A DNA stretch of 64,000 bases from an uncultured virus (IMG/VR IMGVR_UViG_3300030336_000001) (lineage: Duplodnaviria > Heunggongvirae > Uroviricota > Caudoviricetes), in IMG/VR virus record IMGVR_UViG_3300030336_000001; one strand, given 5' to 3'. Under the pieces are notes generated by a model, which saw only the letters and a list, made by a program, of their open reading frames with translations, had not been told where the DNA came from and made no database searches. The position numbers and the translations under genes are program-made. Shown one piece after another: positions 1-9,675 of the stretch; the stretch's first letter is position 1, and every line of letters begins with the position of its first letter.

Positions 1-139
1 GTTGTATTCTAACTGGCGTGATGCACTGGAGTCAGCACTAGAGCAAAATAATGACTCCATAAATTAGTAGGCTAGTAAACTAATAAGCAATATCCTCTAT
101 TAATTTAGAACCCTCTCCTCCAGAGAAAAGGGCGTAGCC

Positions 140-829
140 ATGACCAAAATCATAGACCCATTAAAGTTTGGCAAGATGCTGTGGCCCAACCTGAAGTTCT
201 ACAGGGAGCAGAAGGACATCATCTACTCGGTTAGGGATAATGATGAAACCTTCGTGGTGGCTGGCAACATGCTCGGCAAGGACTTTGTGTCGGCATTCAT
301 CATACTATGGTTCTTCATCTCTAGAACCCCTTGCAGGATCGTAACCACCTCTGCCGACTACAGTCAGTTAGAAGCAGTGCTGTGGGGTGAGATTAGGAAC
401 TTTATTCAGACTTCCAGGTACAATCTGTACCACACAAAGGGCGGACCCTTGATCGTGAACGACATGCACATAAGAAAGGCTATACACCCAGAGGGTAGTA
501 AGGGTCCGAAGGACTTTCAGATGTGTGGCTTGAGCTACATCATGGCTAAGGTGTCTAAGAAGGGTGAGGGAATGCTGGGTCACCACGTAACAGAGGATTC
601 AGTGGAGGGAGGTATCACAGAAGACGGTATTCCCAGAACCCTGTACGTAGCAGACGAGGCATCTGGTGTTGATGACGTGTCTTATAAGAGAGCAGATACC
701 TGGGCTGATAGGAAGCTGGTGATTGGCAACCCATATCCTTGTAACAACTTCTTCTTCAACGGTGTTAAGGGAGGAGATATCAAGCATAAACCCAAGAAGC
801 ACCGACGACCTAACTATGTGGAGATCTAG
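140..829 (+). CDS. terL: Terminase large subunit, N-terminal ATPase half (split gene)
   Basis: Walker A-like AGNMLGKDF, Walker B LYVADEASG, coupling motif IGNP; lies ahead of the portal. Confidence 0.85.
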   Translation: MTKIIDPLKFGKMLWPNLKFYREQKDIIYSVRDNDETFVVAGNMLGKDFVSAFIILWFFISRTPCRIVTTSADYSQLEAVLWGEIRNFIQTSRYNLYHTKGGPLIVNDMHIRKAIHPEGSKGPKDFQMCGLSYIMAKVSKKGEGMLGHHVTEDSVEGGITEDGIPRTLYVADEASGVDDVSYKRADTWADRKLVIGNPYPCNNFFFNGVKGGDIKHKPKKHRRPNYVEI

Positions 830-831
830 AT

Positions 832-1914
832 ATGAGCCTACCTGATACTAGTACGCATCAGAACGCTCATCGACCTGGATCTCGTAGCGACATTTCTGGC
901 CACTACCGCAAGGTTATCAAGATAAAAGCAGAGGATAGTCCTAATGTCAGGAAGGCTCTTAGGCAGATAGAACAGGGTATTATACCAACCGGGGAGCTTG
1001 TCATTCCAGGTGTCTTGTCATGGAAGGAGTACCAGAAGCGTAGGAAGACCTGGGACAAGGTGATGCAGTCGGTGGGTCTGGACGCAGAGTTCTGGGAAGG
1101 TGCTGAGATTCTGATGTATCCGCCGGAGTGGCTGAATCGTGCAGAGCGTCTGGCAAGGCTACTAAGGGGCGTTCATGTACGCAGACAAGCCAAGAGCATA
1201 GGTGCTGACCCGGCAGAGGGTGGTGACAAGACAGCAGTGTCGGTGATAGACGAGTTCGGTCTGATGGAACAGACAGCTATAAAGATTCCGGATACTAGTA
1301 AGGTGGCTGGTATACTTATCGACACCATGCGTAGGCACGACGTGTCGCCAGAGAACGTGGTACTGGATCGTGGTGGTGGTGGTAAGCAAATAGCAGATCA
1401 GTTGAGGAGCCGAGGTTTCATGGTCAGGACCGTTGCCTTTGGTGAGCCGGTAACTCAGGAGGTTAAGAAGGGAACCGCCAGGGTTCCTCACAAGGAGAAA
1501 GTTGAACAGAAGGAGGAGAGGTACGCCTATAAGAATCGCAGGTCACAGATGTATGGTGAGTTCCGCAGGCTACTAGATCCAGGTGACGACTTCGACATAT
1601 CCATGGAGCTAGGATTCCACAACAGTCAGATACCCGACTGGTCAGGATTTGCTATACCGGCCAAGTTCAGGGAGCTACGCAGGCAACTGTCGCTGATGCC
1701 TCTACTGTATGACGACGAGGGTAGGATGTTGATGCTACCAAAGAGTAAGAAGAATACTAGGGGTGAAAAGAGTCTGATTCAGATTCTAGGGTGCAGCCCA
1801 GACGAGTCGGACTCACTGGTACTGGCGATACACGGCTTGCTGCACAGGAGTAAGTCCACACCCGCCGGTGCCATGACTTCTGTGAGGAGTAGGCGACGGT
1901 TGATAGCTAGGTAA
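832..1914 (+). CDS. terL: Terminase large subunit, C-terminal RNase H-like nuclease half
   Basis: IGADPAEGGDKTAV, LDRGGGG, YKNRRSQMY and SPDESDSL motifs; own GGAG SD at 820-823. Confidence 0.85.
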   Translation: MSLPDTSTHQNAHRPGSRSDISGHYRKVIKIKAEDSPNVRKALRQIEQGIIPTGELVIPGVLSWKEYQKRRKTWDKVMQSVGLDAEFWEGAEILMYPPEWLNRAERLARLLRGVHVRRQAKSIGADPAEGGDKTAVSVIDEFGLMEQTAIKIPDTSKVAGILIDTMRRHDVSPENVVLDRGGGGKQIADQLRSRGFMVRTVAFGEPVTQEVKKGTARVPHKEKVEQKEERYAYKNRRSQMYGEFRRLLDPGDDFDISMELGFHNSQIPDWSGFAIPAKFRELRRQLSLMPLLYDDEGRMLMLPKSKKNTRGEKSLIQILGCSPDESDSLVLAIHGLLHRSKSTPAGAMTSVRSRRRLIAR

Positions 1915-1938
1915 CTTTTACTGGAAGAGAGTAGTAAC

Positions 1939-3561
1939 ATGGCTAGAAGGAAGACAGTGAATGCCAATCCGGTAAGGAACGGCAGCAAGGCCCAGGCCAA
2001 CGGGGCGACCAAGTTGAACAACGCGGAGCTACAGCACTTTACGGAGGTGGTTAGCAACGTACTGGCGTCCAGGCAGGAGTTCTTGTCAAGGTTCTTTGAC
2101 CCCAGGAGGAACTTGGATGACGAGTGTGGATACCCTTCCGAGAGTTCATACATCAACCCGGAGCAGTATCAGGTTCTGTATGAGAGGGAACCGATCGCGG
2201 CTAGGGTGGTTGAGATGTACCCTAGCTACTGCTGGCAGTTCCAACCGGAGATATATGAACTGGAAGATACATCAGAGAAGACGCAGTTCGAGCAAGATCT
2301 GGATATGATCAGCGCCCAGCTAAGACCGGAATTCAGCTACTACACGGGTGAGCAGGGTTCCGCATTAGTTGAGTACATGAGGCGTATCGACGTACTAAGC
2401 GGCATCGGCTGTTACGGTGGCTTGCTGCTGGGTATCAACGATGGTAGGACACTAGACCAGCCAGTGGAAGGCTTCCCCGATGAGGGTGTTAGTACTCTGA
2501 ACCCCAATCTGATAGCAACGTCTGGTGGACAGTACTTCTCTGTGAATCAGTTACCAGAGCCTCCCAAGAGGAGGTTGTTGTATCTGAAAGCTTTCCCGGA
2601 GTACATGTGTAAGGTGCAGGAGTACGAGGCTTCACCTTCATCCATGAGGTTCGGTATGCCCAAGCGGTACTCCATCAACTTGTTCGATCCCAGGGATCAG
2701 GCTGTCGGTGGCTTCCCTGCTCCTAGCAGTACCATTAACGTCCACTGGCACCGCATCGTCCACATAGCTGACAATCTGTCATCATCCGAGGTGTTCGGCG
2801 TACCCAGGATGCGACCGGTTCTTAATCGTCTGCTAGACTTGAGGAAGCTGTATGCCTCTAGTGCAGAGATGTACTACAAGGGTGCCTTCCCTGGTCTATC
2901 TATCGAAACTCATCCACAGTTAGGCGGTGACGTGCAGATCAATGTCGAGGCTACCGAGGACATGATGGAGAACTATATGAATGGTCTCCAAAGATTCCTG
3001 GCTTTGATTGGTATGAGCGCCAAGTCCCTGGCACCTATGGTGGTGGACCCTACGCCACAGATCATGGTTCAGATTGGTGCGGTGTGTGTGAAGATGGGAG
3101 CACCTATCAGGATATTCATGGGTAGCGAGCGGGGCGAGTTGGCGTCTTCTCAGGACGAGGCTGACTGGGATGATAAGGTGAGGGGCCGACAGAGACAGTA
3201 CTTAACTCCCAGACTGATAGTACCCGTGATCGACCGGTTCATCTCACTGGGTATTGTTGCCAGGCCCAAGGCTGGGTTCTCGGTGTTCTGGCCTGACCTG
3301 TCCAGCCAGACCGACCAGGAGAAGGCTACCGTTGCTTTCAAGAGGACTCAGGCTCTGGCACAGTACCTTACCTCCAGGGCAATGGAGATTATGTCACCAG
3401 AGGACTTCCTGTCCAGGGTACTGGGTTACACGGAGAAGGAAGCCACCGCTATCGTCGGGCGTGCTAGGGCCAGTACACTTCGATCTGAGATAGTGTTGCC
3501 CAAGGATAACTCCAGACTCCAGTCTGATACTAGTACCGCTAGCAGCGGCTCTGCGGAGTAA
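1939..3561 (+). CDS. Portal protein (DUF1073-like)
   Basis: 540 aa directly after TerL; VHWHRIVH and FGVPRMRPVLNRL motifs typical of this portal family. Confidence 0.8.
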   Translation: MARRKTVNANPVRNGSKAQANGATKLNNAELQHFTEVVSNVLASRQEFLSRFFDPRRNLDDECGYPSESSYINPEQYQVLYEREPIAARVVEMYPSYCWQFQPEIYELEDTSEKTQFEQDLDMISAQLRPEFSYYTGEQGSALVEYMRRIDVLSGIGCYGGLLLGINDGRTLDQPVEGFPDEGVSTLNPNLIATSGGQYFSVNQLPEPPKRRLLYLKAFPEYMCKVQEYEASPSSMRFGMPKRYSINLFDPRDQAVGGFPAPSSTINVHWHRIVHIADNLSSSEVFGVPRMRPVLNRLLDLRKLYASSAEMYYKGAFPGLSIETHPQLGGDVQINVEATEDMMENYMNGLQRFLALIGMSAKSLAPMVVDPTPQIMVQIGAVCVKMGAPIRIFMGSERGELASSQDEADWDDKVRGRQRQYLTPRLIVPVIDRFISLGIVARPKAGFSVFWPDLSSQTDQEKATVAFKRTQALAQYLTSRAMEIMSPEDFLSRVLGYTEKEATAIVGRARASTLRSEIVLPKDNSRLQSDTSTASSGSAE

Positions 3562-3570
3562 GGGGACACC

Positions 3571-3825
3571 ATGAGAAAGAAGAATCCTCTGCAACCTATT
3601 CAGATAAAGATGCTGGATGTGTTATCTGATGGGTTGCCGCACAGCAGGAAGGAACTACACGCCTGCCTGTCAGATCCTATGGTAGACATGGCCGCAATCC
3701 GGGTACACATCTGCCACATACGCAAGGTTCTCCGGCCTAGAGGACAGGACATAGTCTGCGAGTTAAAGCATCGCAAGATCCACTACAGGCACGTTCGGCT
3801 GCTACTTGACCCTGGTGAGGACTAG
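3571..3825 (+). CDS. Small winged-helix DNA-binding protein
   Basis: 84 aa; SRKELHACL...AIRVHICHIRKVL resembles an OmpR-type wHTH. Confidence 0.5.
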   Translation: MRKKNPLQPIQIKMLDVLSDGLPHSRKELHACLSDPMVDMAAIRVHICHIRKVLRPRGQDIVCELKHRKIHYRHVRLLLDPGED

Positions 3826-3932
3826 CTTAAAGGGCTAAGATTTGAAAGAGATACTCTCACGGGATACCTAGACTGATCATCTTGGTATATTCTTTGGCTG
3901 TTCGGTTTTCCATTCGCTGAAGCCCGTGAGGG

Positions 3933-5387
3933 TTGGTCATGGCCATAGAGCAGATTGTTGCCAACATAACCGGCAAGATCAGAAAGTCGGTGCTGAATGG
4001 CCGAGAGTATCTGGTCGCCCCCATGACCCTTATTGTACCCGGTGTTCTCTCTGGGAGCCAGGGTCCGATACTGTATCCTGCCGAGGAGTTGTCGAAAGAC
4101 CCTTCTGTGTGGAACGGTATGCCCATAGTGGTATACCATCCAGTCGTAAACGGCCAACCCGTGTCTGCCAGAGACCCATACATTCTGGACAAGCAGGGTA
4201 TCGGCATCATACTCCGTACCAAGTTCAACGAGAAGCTGACCTGTGAGGGTTGGTTCGACTACAAGTCTGTAGCACAGGTTGACAACAGAGTTCTAGAAGC
4301 TCTGGAGAGCGGCACTCCTATGGAGTTGTCAACCGGTCTGGCACTGGACGGCCAGCCTGCTCCTGACGGTGCCGTGTTCAATGGTAAGCCCTACACTTAC
4401 ATCGGGAAGAACTACAGGCCAGACCATGTGGCTATCCTGCCCGACCAGATAGGTGCTTGCTGTATTGATGACGGCTGCGGAGTTCATAATGCAGCCGCAC
4501 TGGGACACTCTCAACTGCGTAGACTGCTAGCTGATGCCATTGAGAAGAGGTTCGGCAATGGCATGGGTATGTCTGGTATTACAGAGTACTACCCGACCAC
4601 CTATGTAGTCGAGGTGTTCGACAAGTACGTCGTGTATGAGGTTCACGGTAAGACCTGGAAGATACCCTACAAGACCGATCTCAGGAAGAGCACCGTGGAG
4701 CTTGCTAATGAGGCTCCGGTAGAGGTGTCCAGGGAAGTTTCATACAAGCCCCTGAACGAAGAAGTTGTTCCGCCTGTCAACAATGAAAGCGAGGATGATA
4801 TGCAGAAGAAAGAACTAGTCTCCTGGCTGATCTCCAACTGCGACTGCTGGCAGGAGGAAGACCGGTCTTCTCTGGAGGCAATGAACGAGAAGAAACTCCA
4901 AACTCTGAAGGACAATGCCGACAGGGCCAAGAAGATTCTGGCAGACTCCGAGGCAGCCAAGAAGGCTCTCGATGATTCCAGGAAGGAATTCGAGGTTGAG
5001 GGTCAGACCGTTACCTTCAACACCGCCACCAACAAGTGGGAGAAGAAGGCCAAGCCAGCTCCGGCTCCTACTCCAACCATTGCCCCGGTGGAGAGCAGGC
5101 TGACTCCTGAAGAGCAGGAAGACCTGGCCTTCGCACGGTCAGAGCGTAACCGTCAGAAGGAAACCATCGTCAACCGCATGACGGCCAACCTTGCCGACCC
5201 CAGCAAAAGCCAGATGCACCAGTACTTGATGGGCAAGCCTCTCGGAGAGCTTCAAGCCCTGTCGGCACTGGTTCCACAGAACGCTAACCAGCCGCCCCAG
5301 TTCCCCGACATCCGTGGTGCCGCCGGAGGCTACCCTCTTGTCAACAAGGATGACTTGGCAGACGAGTTGCTGCCTTTGCACCAGTAA
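3933..5387 (+). CDS. Prohead protease/scaffold (DUF2213-like)
   Basis: WNGMPIVVYHP, ELSTG and PDHVAILPDQIGAC motifs; charged coiled C-terminus; lies between portal and capsid genes. Confidence 0.8.
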   Translation: MVMAIEQIVANITGKIRKSVLNGREYLVAPMTLIVPGVLSGSQGPILYPAEELSKDPSVWNGMPIVVYHPVVNGQPVSARDPYILDKQGIGIILRTKFNEKLTCEGWFDYKSVAQVDNRVLEALESGTPMELSTGLALDGQPAPDGAVFNGKPYTYIGKNYRPDHVAILPDQIGACCIDDGCGVHNAAALGHSQLRRLLADAIEKRFGNGMGMSGITEYYPTTYVVEVFDKYVVYEVHGKTWKIPYKTDLRKSTVELANEAPVEVSREVSYKPLNEEVVPPVNNESEDDMQKKELVSWLISNCDCWQEEDRSSLEAMNEKKLQTLKDNADRAKKILADSEAAKKALDDSRKEFEVEGQTVTFNTATNKWEKKAKPAPAPTPTIAPVESRLTPEEQEDLAFARSERNRQKETIVNRMTANLADPSKSQMHQYLMGKPLGELQALSALVPQNANQPPQFPDIRGAAGGYPLVNKDDLADELLPLHQ

Positions 5388-5388
5388 G

Positions 5389-5474
5389 TCAGGGCGTAGT
5401 AGGTGTCCACTACCCCTGTACGCGGGTGTCCGGGGTCGCTCCGTGCGGCGACCGGGGTTGGCTCCGGCTCCCGC
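5389..5474 (+). other. GC-rich structured intergenic element
   Basis: Stems CAGGG..CCCTG, GGTCGC..GCGACC and GCGGG..CCCGC. Confidence 0.45.
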
Positions 5475-5504
5475 TCTAAATCTTAACAGTTATGGAGTAA
5501 AACC

Positions 5505-5993
5505 ATGTCTCGCAGAAATGGTATCATTGTCAGTGCAGAGCCTCGGGGAAGGTTCGTAGAGGGTACTGTCGCAACCGGTCAGACCTTCTACCCCGGAATG
5601 CTGGTACAACCAGACATCTCGGAAGCTCTCCAGGGTGGGCGTCACGTCTACGAGTTGTACAACGCTGACGCCGATGGTGGCAGGCCCAAGGGGTCACCGG
5701 TCCTGGTCCTTGAGAACTACCTACTCGGCAAGACCATGACAGACCCCTACACGGCAGGAGAGCGGTTCTTCGGCTACGTACCAGTGGCAGGTGAGGAGTA
5801 CAACCTGCTCCTGGCAAATGTTGCTGGTACTGCCGACGATCACACCAAGGGTGAGATGTTGATTGCTGATGATACGACCGGGATGTTCGTCGCCACTACT
5901 GGTACGCCCGAGACAGAGATGGCCATGCTCAAGGAAACCATCACCGATCCCACGGCAGACACCCTGGCCTGGTGTGAGTGGACCGGATACTAA
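5505..5993 (+). CDS. Capsid decoration/cement protein
   Basis: 162 aa beta-rich protein immediately before the major capsid gene. Confidence 0.6.
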   Translation: MSRRNGIIVSAEPRGRFVEGTVATGQTFYPGMLVQPDISEALQGGRHVYELYNADADGGRPKGSPVLVLENYLLGKTMTDPYTAGERFFGYVPVAGEEYNLLLANVAGTADDHTKGEMLIADDTTGMFVATTGTPETEMAMLKETITDPTADTLAWCEWTGY

Positions 5994-6047
5994 GATAACT
6001 CAGGACACTGTCTGTCGCCAGACCTTAACCACCATTGGGAGACAAGA

Positions 6048-7226
6048 ATGTTTGTCGATAATTTCATCCAGGTTCCAGGATCGGACTACACCGGCAACGC
6101 CGTGGAGGTGATGAACGGAGTCCGATTCGATCCTGGTATGCTCAGGCCATACCTGGGCAAGAACAACGAGCGTCTGGTGACTATCAACACTGGCCGCATG
6201 ATCTACGACAACACTAAGCAGATTTATCTGCCAGAGCGTCGTCCGGTACGGATTCGTGACCTGATGAACCAGGGGATGTTCCATTCGGTGTGGAACGCCA
6301 CCTCGCTCCGTAAAGAAGAGTGGATTCAGCTTGACCAGGCAGTAATCCCGGCCTTGCGCGACAGGCTGCGGTTCTACGACGACATGAAGAAGGCCAGCAA
6401 CTTCTCCGGCTTCAACGGCATGGGGAAGCTGACGCTGGAATACGAGACGACCAACGACGTTGGTGAAGCCGTCGTGGACATGGATGGCCTGTCTCCTGGT
6501 CGTACAGACAATCCGCTATTCAAGCTCCGCTCACTGCCCCTGCCGATCACGCACTCGGACTTCTGGTTCAGTGCCCGTCGTCTGGCAGTAAGCCGCTCTG
6601 GTGGTGTGCCGCTCGACACTCGTATGGTGGAGATGGCTTCCCGTCGATGTGCAGAGATGGTTGAGGATACCGCCATCGGCATCGAGACTGGTATCCAGTT
6701 CGGCACTGTTGCCTCCGGAGTGACGGCACACGACGGTCTGTCCAAGGTGTACGGGGCGACCAACTTCCCATACCGTATCACCAAGACCGATCTGACCACT
6801 CCTACGGGTAGCAACCCCGAAGCGGTGATGCAGGACGTTATCGAGATGCGAGAGGAGATGTACGACATCGGTGCGTACGGACCCTTCGTCCTCTACACCA
6901 GCACGTCTTATGATGCTTGGCTGGACAACGACTACTTCCGCACCGGCTCCACGGCTATCTCTCGTACGCTGCGTGAGCGTATCCGTGGTATCGAAGGTAT
7001 CATGGATATCAGACGTCTGGACCAGTTGAATAGCGGGTACCAGATGCTATTGATCCAGATGAGTTCCGAGACTCTCCGTGCCGTCACCGGCATGGCCTTC
7101 ACTGTGGTTCAGTGGGAGAGCCAGGGCGGTATGCGGCTCAATTTCAAGGTCATGGGCATCGAGGTGCCACAGTTCTTCGCAGACTACGACGGTGACGCCG
7201 CTATCGTCCACGGAACCACCAGTTAA
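6048..7226 (+). CDS. Major capsid protein (HK97 fold, encapsulin/linocin-like clade)
   Basis: LRKEEWIQLDQAV, LPLPITHSDF and PLDT motifs; size and synteny. Confidence 0.85.
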   Translation: MFVDNFIQVPGSDYTGNAVEVMNGVRFDPGMLRPYLGKNNERLVTINTGRMIYDNTKQIYLPERRPVRIRDLMNQGMFHSVWNATSLRKEEWIQLDQAVIPALRDRLRFYDDMKKASNFSGFNGMGKLTLEYETTNDVGEAVVDMDGLSPGRTDNPLFKLRSLPLPITHSDFWFSARRLAVSRSGGVPLDTRMVEMASRRCAEMVEDTAIGIETGIQFGTVASGVTAHDGLSKVYGATNFPYRITKTDLTTPTGSNPEAVMQDVIEMREEMYDIGAYGPFVLYTSTSYDAWLDNDYFRTGSTAISRTLRERIRGIEGIMDIRRLDQLNSGYQMLLIQMSSETLRAVTGMAFTVVQWESQGGMRLNFKVMGIEVPQFFADYDGDAAIVHGTTS

Positions 7227-7307
7227 CACTGGTGAGCGATCTGCTACTACTAGCTAACTAACCGCTATCGCCCTGTCCTACTAGTAACCTAACTCTGGAG
7301 AATAAGC

Positions 7308-7910
7308 ATGGCAAGGTTCAAACTCCTGCTGGGACGACACATCCAGAAAGACCCCAAGAATCCTGGACAATCCCTTAGATTCCACCCAGGCGACACTGTA
7401 GAGTCTGACGTTGACCTGGTGAAGAAGCACGGAGCAGAAAAGTTCACCCGTATCGACCCTGTGGCACGACGCATGAGACAGTCTGAGGGTGAGGCTGCCG
7501 CCAAGTTCCGACCACCGGTTGCCATCCCAATGAAGGAAGGACTGGCCGCAAAGCTGGAGGCTATGGGAGAGGACGAGGAAGCCGATCTGTCGCCAGCTCC
7601 CATCAAGGCCAAGGACGCTTACCCTCGCAAGGAGAGCGGCAGGGTTCAGCGTACCAGCAAGATGACTGAGCCGGACTCTGAAGAGTATCCGGACGATGAG
7701 GACGAGTATCAGACCGACATCCCCCTCGAAACCCAGGAGACTGAGGAAGAAGAGGAAGACGATGAGGGCGAGGTTCAACTCGACAAGCCCCTGGAGCAGA
7801 TGAACGTCAGGGAACTGACCAAGCTGGCGAACCAGCACGACATCAGCCTCAAGGGTGCAACACGCAAGGATGAGATGATCAAAGCTCTGAAGGAAGGACT
7901 GTCCCAGTAA
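7308..7910 (+). CDS. Head-associated protein with C-terminal Rho-N/HeH-like motif
   Basis: Acidic linker followed by LEQMNVRELTKLA...KGATRKDEMIKAL. Confidence 0.55.
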   Translation: MARFKLLLGRHIQKDPKNPGQSLRFHPGDTVESDVDLVKKHGAEKFTRIDPVARRMRQSEGEAAAKFRPPVAIPMKEGLAAKLEAMGEDEEADLSPAPIKAKDAYPRKESGRVQRTSKMTEPDSEEYPDDEDEYQTDIPLETQETEEEEEDDEGEVQLDKPLEQMNVRELTKLANQHDISLKGATRKDEMIKALKEGLSQ

Positions 7911-7925
7911 CCCGAATGGGAAGGG

Positions 7926-8441
7926 ATGGTCAACGTGGAATTCTATTCAAGGAGCGGTCCTTTGAGCGATGCAGCAATCGCGACGGTGGTAACAGGATTG
8001 ATTACCATAGTCACAATGATAGCCGGTGTGATGACCCTGTGGATCAAAAGTGCCTACGCCATTCAGGAAGTCAAGGATGAGGTGAACAAGCAAGGTAATG
8101 AGATCAACAGGAAGCAGGACTCTGTTTCTAGTAAGCTGGATCACAACACCGCTATCTCTGAGAAAGCAAAGGAGTCTGCTGCCAAGGCTGAACTCCAGAC
8201 CAACGGTGCTCTGAGTCAGTACAAGATGGCTGTACTGGAGAATGCTAGTAAGATAGCTGGATTGGAGAAAGACACGGTAGCCATTCGGATGTCACTAGAT
8301 GTCCTAGCAAAGTCCATCAGCGAGACACGGCACGAGATGCGTGGCCACCTCCAGGGCGTCATCTACAAGCTAGACCTGCTGGCGCTAAAGTGTCTGCAAC
8401 CTACAGAACCGCCCTGCCCGCCTGAAGATAAGGAGAAGTGA
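7926..8441 (+). CDS. Membrane-anchored coiled-coil protein (holin-like?)
   Basis: Single N-terminal hydrophobic helix followed by a coiled coil. Confidence 0.4.
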   Translation: MVNVEFYSRSGPLSDAAIATVVTGLITIVTMIAGVMTLWIKSAYAIQEVKDEVNKQGNEINRKQDSVSSKLDHNTAISEKAKESAAKAELQTNGALSQYKMAVLENASKIAGLEKDTVAIRMSLDVLAKSISETRHEMRGHLQGVIYKLDLLALKCLQPTEPPCPPEDKEK

Positions 8442-9353
8442 GTGGCGAAGAAGAAAACAGAACCCGCTAAGAAGAGCCTGGGCGTGGCCTGTACCATCAA
8501 GCAAGTGCCGGAGAAGGATAGGATAGTAGCGGCACAGCAGGCTATCATTATCAACCCGGTCAACATGCCACCGCCTGAAGCCCTGATGGCGATGAGTACG
8601 GCACTCATGGAAGAGTCTGATGATGATCCGGTCCCAGGGTTCCTAGCCCTGCTGACCTCAAAGTACTGGGGTGCCGCTGGCGTGGAGTTGACGGTTGGCT
8701 TCATGGAGTCTACGCCAGCCGACCTTCGAGACCGGATCATTAGCCACATGAACGCCTGGAACAAGACCGGCAACATCTTGTTCCGCTACAGCCAGACCAG
8801 CCCACAGGTTAGGATTACCCGGTCAGACGAGGGCTACTGGTCTTACATGGGAACAGACATTCGCATGATCTCTAGTAATGAGGCTACCATGTGTCTGTCA
8901 GGGTTTACCATGAGGACCAGGGAGGAAGAGTTCCGCAGGGTTGTCAGGCACGAGGCTGGACATACCCTAGGATTCCCCCACGAGCACATGAGGCAGCAGT
9001 TGATTGCCAGGCTTGATAGGGAGGCAACCTACCGATACTTCCAGCGAACCCAGGGATGGAGTCGCAGTATGGTGGACTCCCAGGTACTGACACCTCTGGA
9101 GGAAAGGTCTATCAGAGGTACTCCCGATGCTGATGACGAGTCTATCATGTGCTACCAGTTGCCGGGGGATATTACCAGGGACAGGCAGCCGATACCGGGT
9201 GGTAGTGACATCAACGATATGGACTATCAGTTTGTCGGTACGATCTACCCGAAGGCCGACAAGCCGATTGACCCGCCAGCCAAGGGTGGACTGATCACTA
9301 CCCTGGTAGGATTAGACAAGGACGGCAAGGAAGTCGCCAGGTTCAAACAGTAG
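8442..9353 (+). CDS. Zinc metalloprotease (metzincin, astacin/M12A-like)
   Basis: HEAGHTLGFPHEH zinc motif and SIMCY Met-turn. Confidence 0.85.
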   Translation: MAKKKTEPAKKSLGVACTIKQVPEKDRIVAAQQAIIINPVNMPPPEALMAMSTALMEESDDDPVPGFLALLTSKYWGAAGVELTVGFMESTPADLRDRIISHMNAWNKTGNILFRYSQTSPQVRITRSDEGYWSYMGTDIRMISSNEATMCLSGFTMRTREEEFRRVVRHEAGHTLGFPHEHMRQQLIARLDREATYRYFQRTQGWSRSMVDSQVLTPLEERSIRGTPDADDESIMCYQLPGDITRDRQPIPGGSDINDMDYQFVGTIYPKADKPIDPPAKGGLITTLVGLDKDGKEVARFKQ

Positions 9354-9361
9354 AGGCTCGC

Positions 9362-9649
9362 ATGTTCCAATTTCTGGTACTGCGACGATTAAGACGCATC
9401 CAAAAGTTTCTGGAGGAAGTCATGGCTACTCAGGCTGAACTCACCAAACAGGTCAAGGCAATCGGTGACAAACTCACCAAGATTGGTGAAGAGAGTAAAA
9501 CACTCTTGAGCAAAGTTGACGAGTTGAAACAGGCCGTTGCCGACGCCGAGAAGGTCACACCTGAACTGCAATCAGCAGTTGATGCCGTGGCAGAACAGGC
9601 CAAGGTGGTTGACGACCTTGTCCCTGATCCAGCCACTCCGACACCCTGA
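9362..9649 (+). CDS. Small coiled-coil protein
   Basis: Heptad-rich 95 aa ORF with phage-like codon use. Confidence 0.5.
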   Translation: MFQFLVLRRLRRIQKFLEEVMATQAELTKQVKAIGDKLTKIGEESKTLLSKVDELKQAVADAEKVTPELQSAVDAVAEQAKVVDDLVPDPATPTP

Positions 9650-9675
9650 TCGCCCGATTCGGGAGTAAGAATTGC

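Noticed and set aside
811..834. Amber readthrough or frameshift joining the TerL halves
   Set aside because: Readthrough of TAG meets TGA two codons later, and no slippery sequence lies in the available window
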